A stretch of 32,000 bases of DNA from Geobacter sulfurreducens PCA (GTDB taxonomy: Bacteria; Desulfobacterota; Desulfuromonadia; Geobacterales; Geobacteraceae), in contig NC_002939.5 of assembly GCF_000007985.2 (NCBI RefSeq), positions 2,640,001 through 2,672,000 on the forward strand. The letters are read 5' to 3'. A program made the translations under genes and the position numbers. The notes under the pieces are model-generated. The model did not search any database and had not been told where the DNA came from. It saw only the letters and a list, made by a program, of their open reading frames with translations. Positions 14,537-20,068 of the stretch are shown one piece after another; the first letter of the stretch is position 1; each line of letters opens with the position of its first letter.

Positions 14537-15018
14537 CGGCTCCGGGGGTCGTGGTGGTCTGCGTCGGCAACGACCTGGTGGCCGACGACGCCGTGGGGTA
14601 CGAGATCCACCGGCGGCTGGCCGGGGCGCCCCTCCCCGCGGGGGTGCGGCTCCACTACGCGGCCGTGGGCGGGATCGCCCTCCTGGACTACCTGACCGGC
14701 GGGGAAGCGGCCATGATCGTGGTGGACGCGGTCCAGTTCGGCGCACCGGCCGGGACGATCCACCAGCTGGCGTGGGACGAGCTCCCGAATTTCGGGGGCG
14801 GGTCCATCTCGGCCCACTCCATCGGCCTGAAGGAAACCATGGACATCGGGAAGCTCCTCTACCCGGAGCGGCTGCCGCCGACGGTGACCCTGGTGGGAAT
14901 CGAGGGGCGCTGTTTCGACCGGACCCGCGACGCCATGTCGCCGGAGGTGGCATCAGCCATAGAACCGGCCGTCGCCCTGATCCGCAACTACCTCCATACT
15001 CTTGGACAAGGAATCTGA
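14497..15018 (+). CDS. [NiFe]-hydrogenase maturation endopeptidase (HycI/HybD/HoxW family)
   Basis: Family motifs are VVVCVGNDLVADDAVGYEI, VDAV and SAHSIGL. The ATG at 14497 is preceded by GGAGG (14485-14489). A slightly later GTG start cannot be excluded. Confidence 0.8.
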   Translation: MRGPVPTEPQNPVAAPGVVVVCVGNDLVADDAVGYEIHRRLAGAPLPAGVRLHYAAVGGIALLDYLTGGEAAMIVVDAVQFGAPAGTIHQLAWDELPNFGGGSISAHSIGLKETMDIGKLLYPERLPPTVTLVGIEGRCFDRTRDAMSPEVASAIEPAVALIRNYLHTLGQGI

Positions 15019-15019
15019 C

Positions 15020-16621
15020 ATGAAGAAATCAGGCGCCAAACCAGCGGAAATGACCCTGCACCGTGAAATCCAGCGACTCGCCGAGGCCATGATGAACGGG
15101 AGGCTCGACGAACGGGGGGACCCTGCGCAGTTCACCGGCGACGATGCCGCACTGGTTCTCATGGTCAACCGGATGCTGGACACGCTGGTGACGCCGCTCC
15201 GCCTGGCCGCCGGCGCCATCGACGAGATCGCCCACGGCAGGATCCCTCCCTTTGTCATCGACGACTACACCGGGGAGTACAACAACCTCAAGCGCAACCT
15301 CAACACCCTCCTGGCCACCCTCTACGGCCTCCACAGCGAGACCCAGCACCTGGTCGGCAACATCGGTGAGGGAAGGCTCCAGACCCGGGGCAACGACTGG
15401 GATTTCGAGGGGATCTGGCGCGATCTGATCAAGGGGGTGAACGGAACCCTCGACGCGGTCATCGACCCGGTGAACGAGGCGGGGACCGTGCTCCGCCACC
15501 TGGCCGAGTACGACCTGAGCGCCCGGATGCGGGGGAAATACCACGGCGAGCACGCCGCCATCAAGAAGGCCATGAACTCGACGGCGGAATCGCTCCACTC
15601 GGCCGTGACCCAGATGACCGAAACGGTGGAACTGGTCTCGGCCGTCGGCGGGCAGATCGCCGACAGCAGCCAGCTGGTGACCCAGGGGGCCCGGGAGCAG
15701 GAGGCCCAGCTGACCGAGACCTCCAACGTGCTCGATCACATCGCCGCCACCTCCCAGAAGAGCGCCCGGAGCACCATTGACGCCCGCCAGGCCGCCGGCG
15801 GCTCCGCCGAGTCCATCAAAACGGCCAAGTCGGTCATGGACCAGATGCTCCAGGCCATGGGGCAGATCCGGAGCGCGGCGGACAACACCGTGGGTATTGT
15901 CCAGCAGATCGACTCCATTGCCAAGGAAACCGACCAGCTCTCTTCCAACGCCACCAGCAAGGCAACCCTGATCCGTTCCTCCGCCAACGGCTTCAGCGTG
16001 GTTGCCTCGGAAATCAGGAACCTGTCGAAACGGTGCGAGGACGCCGTGACACGGCTCCACGACTTCCGGCGCCGGGCTACCCTGACCCCCAATGGGGGGA
16101 GCGGAGACACGGACGATGCGCTCGAATGCGAGTACCTGGAACTGATTCACGAGTTGAAGAGCGTGGCCTCCAGCTCAGGCCTGCTGGGAGTGAACGCAGC
16201 GATCTCGGCGGCCCACGTGGAAGGTGCCGGCAACGACTTCCAGGTGCTGACCGAGGAGATCCGCCAACTGGCCAAGCGTTCCACCGATGCGGCGCGGCAG
16301 ACCGACACGCTCATCAAGACATCGGTCGAGCAGGCCCGGCGGGGAGAGGACCTGTCCCGCAAGATCGACGTCCACCTCACCGAGGCGGTAACCGGGGCAA
16401 CGACGATCTGCGCCCTGACCGAGGACATCTCCCAGAGCAGCCAGGAACAGGCGAGCGCCATCGAGCAGATCAGCCGCTCCGTCAACCACATCACCACCAT
16501 CACCAGGCAGAACGCGGACAGCGCGCTCAAGTCGTCGGAAGTATCGCACAAACTCGGCCAGCAGATGACCAAGCTCACCAGCATGGTGAGCAAGTTCAGG
16601 CTGGACAACGCCGCCTGCTGA
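15020..16621 (+). CDS. Soluble methyl-accepting chemotaxis protein: N-terminal HAMP-like repeats plus an MCP signalling domain with a duplicated tip
   Basis: I see no hydrophobic TM segment. There are four HAMP-like repeats (NGRLDERGD..., HGRIPPFVIDDYTGEYNNLKRNLNTL, EGRLQTRGNDWDFEGIWRDL, EYDLSARMRGKYHGEHAAIKKAMNST). The MCP tip-like sequence LLGVNAAISAAHVEGAGNDFQVLTEEIRQLAKRS is present, plus a degenerate second copy. The ATG at 15020 follows AAGGAA. The track start at 15002 is a TTG inside the protease gene. Confidence 0.85.
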   Translation: MKKSGAKPAEMTLHREIQRLAEAMMNGRLDERGDPAQFTGDDAALVLMVNRMLDTLVTPLRLAAGAIDEIAHGRIPPFVIDDYTGEYNNLKRNLNTLLATLYGLHSETQHLVGNIGEGRLQTRGNDWDFEGIWRDLIKGVNGTLDAVIDPVNEAGTVLRHLAEYDLSARMRGKYHGEHAAIKKAMNSTAESLHSAVTQMTETVELVSAVGGQIADSSQLVTQGAREQEAQLTETSNVLDHIAATSQKSARSTIDARQAAGGSAESIKTAKSVMDQMLQAMGQIRSAADNTVGIVQQIDSIAKETDQLSSNATSKATLIRSSANGFSVVASEIRNLSKRCEDAVTRLHDFRRRATLTPNGGSGDTDDALECEYLELIHELKSVASSSGLLGVNAAISAAHVEGAGNDFQVLTEEIRQLAKRSTDAARQTDTLIKTSVEQARRGEDLSRKIDVHLTEAVTGATTICALTEDISQSSQEQASAIEQISRSVNHITTITRQNADSALKSSEVSHKLGQQMTKLTSMVSKFRLDNAAC

Positions 16622-16650
16622 ACCTGGTTTCGCCACGCCGCAATCCTGGC

Positions 16651-16690
16651 AGGCCCCCATCCGGAGCGACATGATGGGGGCCTCTTTTTA
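16651..16690 (+). terminator. Intrinsic terminator of the cheW-hydrogenase-MCP operon
   Basis: AGGCCCCCAT (16651-16660) pairs with ATGGGGGCCT (16674-16683), followed by CTTTTTAT. It begins 30 nt after the MCP stop. Confidence 0.8.
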
Positions 16691-16850
16691 TATAGCGACC
16701 TGAATTCGTGAGGGCTGACGCGCCGACGAAGCGGCGGTGCGGGCGGCACACGGAGCGAAGTGGCGCGGCGGCTCTCACAACACTATATACGACATATTGT
16801 GTCGCACATATCGGTTTTACTGTCATCATCACACAACCGGGAGGTGCGCC

Positions 16851-17114
16851 ATGATCTATCTCACCACGGACCAATTCGACCAGGCCGTCTACTTCGAACT
16901 TCGCCGGAGCGAGCATCCCCGTCGCAGCGGCGGCGCGATGCACGTTCTCCACGGGCTCCTGGGGAACGGGGTCAGCGAGATGCCCGTGACCATCCGCAGC
17001 GGGCAGGATTGGACCGACGTGGATTTCGGCAAGGGGGACCTCTTCAGCTTCGTGGATGAGCGGACCGTCCGCCGGATGCTCGGCCAGGTGGCGCGGGAGA
17101 TGGAACTCCACTGA
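16851..17114 (+). CDS. Hypothetical protein (87 aa)
   Basis: The ATG at 16851 is preceded by GGGAGG. Third-codon positions are GC-rich like the neighbouring genes. I recognise no family (MIYLTTDQFDQAVYFELRRSEHPRRSGG...). Confidence 0.55.
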   Translation: MIYLTTDQFDQAVYFELRRSEHPRRSGGAMHVLHGLLGNGVSEMPVTIRSGQDWTDVDFGKGDLFSFVDERTVRRMLGQVAREMELH

Positions 17115-17204
17115 TCCTTCGGCGGCACCTTGCTATTTCCCCGTTTCCCGAACGGCGTTTCTCTGGTATCATCGCGGCCTCACCATCGTTGAAAGGAGAC
17201 CGCC

Positions 17205-18488
17205 ATGAGCAGTTCGTGGAAGATCGAGACCCAGGCCATCCAGGGGGGCTATACTCCCAAATCGGGCGACCCCCGCGTCGTCACCATCTGCCAGAGCACC
17301 ACCTTCAAGTATGACAGCGCGGACCACGTGACGAAACTCTTCGACCTGGAGGAGGCCGGCTACTTCTATACCCGCATCGGCAACCCCACCACCGACGCCT
17401 TCGAGCAGAAGCTGGCCATGATGGAAGGGGGCGTCGGCGCCCTGGCCACCTCGGCGGGCCAGGCGGCCACCACCCTTTCCATCTTCAACATCTGCCAGGC
17501 GGGCCAGCACTTCGTGACCGCCAGCACCCTCTACGGCGGCACCTACAACCTCTTCGCCTGCACCCTGCCCAAGATGGGGATCGAGGTGACCTTCGTGGAC
17601 CCGGAAGCCCCGGCCGACGAGATCCTGGCCGCCTTCCGCCCCAACACCAAGGCGCTCTTTGCCGAGACCATCGGCAATCCGGGGCTGAACGTGCTGGACT
17701 TCGAGAAATTTTCCGCCGTCGCCAAAGAAAAAGGGGTGCCCCTCATCATCGACAGCACCTTCGCCACCCCCTACCTCTGCCGCCCCTTCGAGCACGGGGC
17801 CAACGTGGTGGTCCACTCGGCCACCAAGTACATCGACGGCCTCGCCACCAGCGTCGGCGGCATCATCGTGGACGGGGGCAACTTCGACTGGGGCAACGGC
17901 CGCTTCCCGGAGCTGACCGAGCCCGACGCCTCCTATCATGGGCTCCAGTACGTGAAGACCTTCGGCCGCATGGCCTACATCATCAAGGCGCGGGTCCAGC
18001 TCATGCGCGACCTGGGCACGACGCCGAGCCCCTTCAACGCCTTCCTCTTCACCCAGGGGCTCCAGACCCTGCCGCTCCGGATGCAGCGCCACAGCGACAA
18101 CGCCCTGGCCCTGGGCCGGTTCCTGGAAAGCCATCCCTCGGTTAGCTGGGTCAAGTATCCGGGCCTTCCCAGCCACGCCAGCCATGACCGGGCGAAAAAG
18201 TACCTGCCCCTGGGGTGCAGCGGCGTCCTCACCTTCGGCATCAAGGGAGGTGCCGAGGCGGGCAAGAAGTTCATGGAGGCGTGCAAACTGGTGGCGCTGG
18301 TGGTCCACGTGGGGGACGCCCGCAGCTGCGTGCTTCACCCGGCCAGCACCACCCACCGCCAACTGACCCCCGAGCAGCAGGCTGCGTCGGGCGTCACCCC
18401 GGACCTGATCCGGCTTTCCGTCGGCATCGAGCACATCGACGACATCATCGCCGATGTGGATCAGGCCCTGGCCGCAAGCCAGAAATAA
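17205..18488 (+). CDS. metY: O-acetylhomoserine sulfhydrylase (PLP-dependent Cys/Met metabolism family)
   Basis: Typical N-terminus ETQAIQGGYTP...STTFKY and YTRIGNPTTDAFE. The PLP-lysine motif is HSATKYIDG. C-terminal LIRLSVGIEHIDDIIADVDQAL. AAAGGAG RBS is present. Confidence 0.9.
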   Translation: MSSSWKIETQAIQGGYTPKSGDPRVVTICQSTTFKYDSADHVTKLFDLEEAGYFYTRIGNPTTDAFEQKLAMMEGGVGALATSAGQAATTLSIFNICQAGQHFVTASTLYGGTYNLFACTLPKMGIEVTFVDPEAPADEILAAFRPNTKALFAETIGNPGLNVLDFEKFSAVAKEKGVPLIIDSTFATPYLCRPFEHGANVVVHSATKYIDGLATSVGGIIVDGGNFDWGNGRFPELTEPDASYHGLQYVKTFGRMAYIIKARVQLMRDLGTTPSPFNAFLFTQGLQTLPLRMQRHSDNALALGRFLESHPSVSWVKYPGLPSHASHDRAKKYLPLGCSGVLTFGIKGGAEAGKKFMEACKLVALVVHVGDARSCVLHPASTTHRQLTPEQQAASGVTPDLIRLSVGIEHIDDIIADVDQALAASQK

Positions 18489-18510
18489 CGGACGCTGCTC
18501 CACGACGCAC

Positions 18511-18541
18511 AAAAGCCTGCCGGATCTCCGGCAGGCTTTTT
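18511..18541. terminator. Bidirectional intrinsic terminator between the convergent metY and nitroreductase-like genes
   Basis: AAAAGCCTGCCGG-ATCT-CCGGCAGGCTTTTT: a 10-bp GC-rich stem flanked by an A-tract and a T-tract. Confidence 0.8.
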
Positions 18542-18576
18542 CGTGTGTGCTGATCGCGGCCTGATGTGAAAGACGA

Positions 18577-19431
18577 TCAGTATTCCGTCGGCTTCTCGAT
18601 GGTCAGCTTCGGCTGGCCGAGGGGGTTGGGCGACGTCGTCGCAGGCGTTTGGGGCGGTGCCGTGACCGCATCCTCGGGCGCCCCCGAGGTGGGGGGGCCG
18701 TCGACCCGGGCGGGAGTCGACCAAATGGCCTCCGGCGCTGGGGTCCGTTTTACCGCCGGCTTCGCGGGTTCCGCCTTTGTCCCGGACAGACCCACGGACT
18801 GGGCAAGTACGATCCGCTGCTCGTTGCGCAGCCCCATGGCCTTTGCCAGGGCCGGGGCGTCCAGGGACGCACGAACCACGGTGGCAAGCCCTTCCGAGGC
18901 GCAGAAGAGGTAGACGTTCTGGCTGACGGCGCCGGTTGCGACGGCCGCGTAGAACGCCTTGTCCTCGCCCCTGGCCTCGCCCATCCTGCCGTAATCGGCC
19001 ACGTAGATCAGGTTCACGGGCGCGCCGACCACGAAGGGCTGCTGGCCGGTCAACTCGCGGATGTCCCCGGTGCCCTTCCGGATAAGCCGGTGGCCCCGGG
19101 CGTCATAGAGATACAAGCCGTCGGCGGTCGCGACATAGATGTCGATTTCCTGCCGGTTCATGGCGGAGGGGGCGGTCCGTCCCCCCGTATCGGGCCGGTT
19201 GATGCCGAAGGCGGCCCAGAGCAGGTCCGAAAGCCGGCGCGGAGACAGAGCCTCTTTGCTGAACTCCCGGGAGCTCTTCCGTTCCCGCAGGGCATCCATG
19301 AGGGGCTTGCCCCCCTCCGTCCGGGGAGGAGGCAGGGGGATCGCCCCGGACTCGTCGGCAAAAACCGCCACCGGTGCGGCAAGAAGAAGGCCGAGGGCCC
19401 CGGCCGCAACGATTCGTGCAACGCTCATCAT
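18577..19431 (-). CDS. Exported nitroreductase-superfamily (SagB-type dehydrogenase-like) protein with a Pro-rich C-terminal tail (284 aa)
   Basis: The start is taken at the ATGATG (19426-19431) after GGGAGA. Sec-type signal peptide MMSVARIVAAGALGLLLAAPVAVFA. Nitroreductase-like blocks are RKSSREFSKEALSPRRLSDLLWAAFGINR, RTAPSAMNRQEIDIYV, GLYLYD and AVSQNVYLFCASEGLATV. The tail AEPAKPAVKRTPAPEAIWSTPARVDGPPTSGAPEDAVTAPPQTPATTSPNPLGQP is low-complexity. The upstream 87 codons of the track ORF look non-coding. Confidence 0.7.
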   Translation of the reverse strand: MMSVARIVAAGALGLLLAAPVAVFADESGAIPLPPPRTEGGKPLMDALRERKSSREFSKEALSPRRLSDLLWAAFGINRPDTGGRTAPSAMNRQEIDIYVATADGLYLYDARGHRLIRKGTGDIRELTGQQPFVVGAPVNLIYVADYGRMGEARGEDKAFYAAVATGAVSQNVYLFCASEGLATVVRASLDAPALAKAMGLRNEQRIVLAQSVGLSGTKAEPAKPAVKRTPAPEAIWSTPARVDGPPTSGAPEDAVTAPPQTPATTSPNPLGQPKLTIEKPTEY

Positions 19432-19479
19432 GCTATTCTCCCTTCGGAAAATTCTCCGGATGGTGCCGCTCCGAAGAAC

Positions 19480-19513
19480 AAAAAAACGGGAGGCGGCACC
19501 CTGTCCGCCCCCC
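19480..19513 (-). terminator. Intrinsic terminator after the DUF3467-like gene
   Basis: Minus strand: GGGGGGCGG-ACAGGGTG-CCGCCTCCC followed by GTTTTTTTG. Confidence 0.7.
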
Positions 19514-19528
19514 GCCTTCCCGTCAACC

Positions 19529-19915
19529 TCAGTGCTGCACGTCCTCGTCGCCGGGCTGCTGGGCGGCGGCCCGCAGGGCGGCCTTGTGCTGCTCCAGGGC
19601 ATCCAGCTCGCGGACCTTCTCGCCGAGCCAGTGGTGGAGTTCACGGGCAGTGTGGTAGTTGAGCACCACGCCGGTGGGAACGAAACGGACAAGGCTCTGG
19701 GCGAAGTCTTCCGGCTCCACGCTGGTCTCGGCGCCGATGGTGCCGCTGGGGGTCAGTTCGTGGGTAACTTCGTTGGGGAGCGGCGGGCGCTCGAGATAGA
19801 AGTTCACGACCAGGTCGCCCCGGGGGGAGATGCCGCCATGGGCGCCATTCACATAGACCGGGTTGTAATCGTAGGTAAAGATGTACTTGAAGGTTACTTC
19901 GGGCTTCTTTGACAC
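19529..19915 (-). CDS. Hypothetical protein, DUF3467-like (128 aa)
   Basis: GTG start (19913-19915) after GGAAGGAG. The segment YVNGAHGGISPRGDLVVNFYLERPPLP resembles the DUF3467 core as I remember it (Y-x-N ... beta-strand ... F). The function is unknown. Confidence 0.55.
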   Translation of the reverse strand: MSKKPEVTFKYIFTYDYNPVYVNGAHGGISPRGDLVVNFYLERPPLPNEVTHELTPSGTIGAETSVEPEDFAQSLVRFVPTGVVLNYHTARELHHWLGEKVRELDALEQHKAALRAAAQQPGDEDVQH

Positions 19916-19985
19916 GAGCGCTTCTCCTTCCTTGCTGGGATTGGGTTGTGTCCCCGTATGTTCGCGAAATCCGGCACCGTCATCG

Positions 19986-20018
19986 AAAAAAGGGGAGCCG
20001 CCTCATTGGCGGCCCCCC
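19986..20018 (-). terminator. Intrinsic terminator of pyc
   Basis: Minus strand: GGGGGGCCGCC-AATGA-GGCGGCTCCCC followed by TTTTTT, 50 nt after the pyc stop. Confidence 0.75.
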
Positions 20019-20068
20019 TTTAATACCACGTTCCCGTGACGGTTTCGAGTGTTTTTCGCTACGATTCG

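Noticed and set aside
16622-17204. A possible SAM/SAH-type riboswitch or T-box ahead of metY.
   Set aside because: I could not find the conserved cores of SAM-I, SAM-II or SAH riboswitches as I remember them. A plausible 87-aa ORF with an RBS occupies most of the gap. The remaining hairpin is reported only as an unexplained structure.
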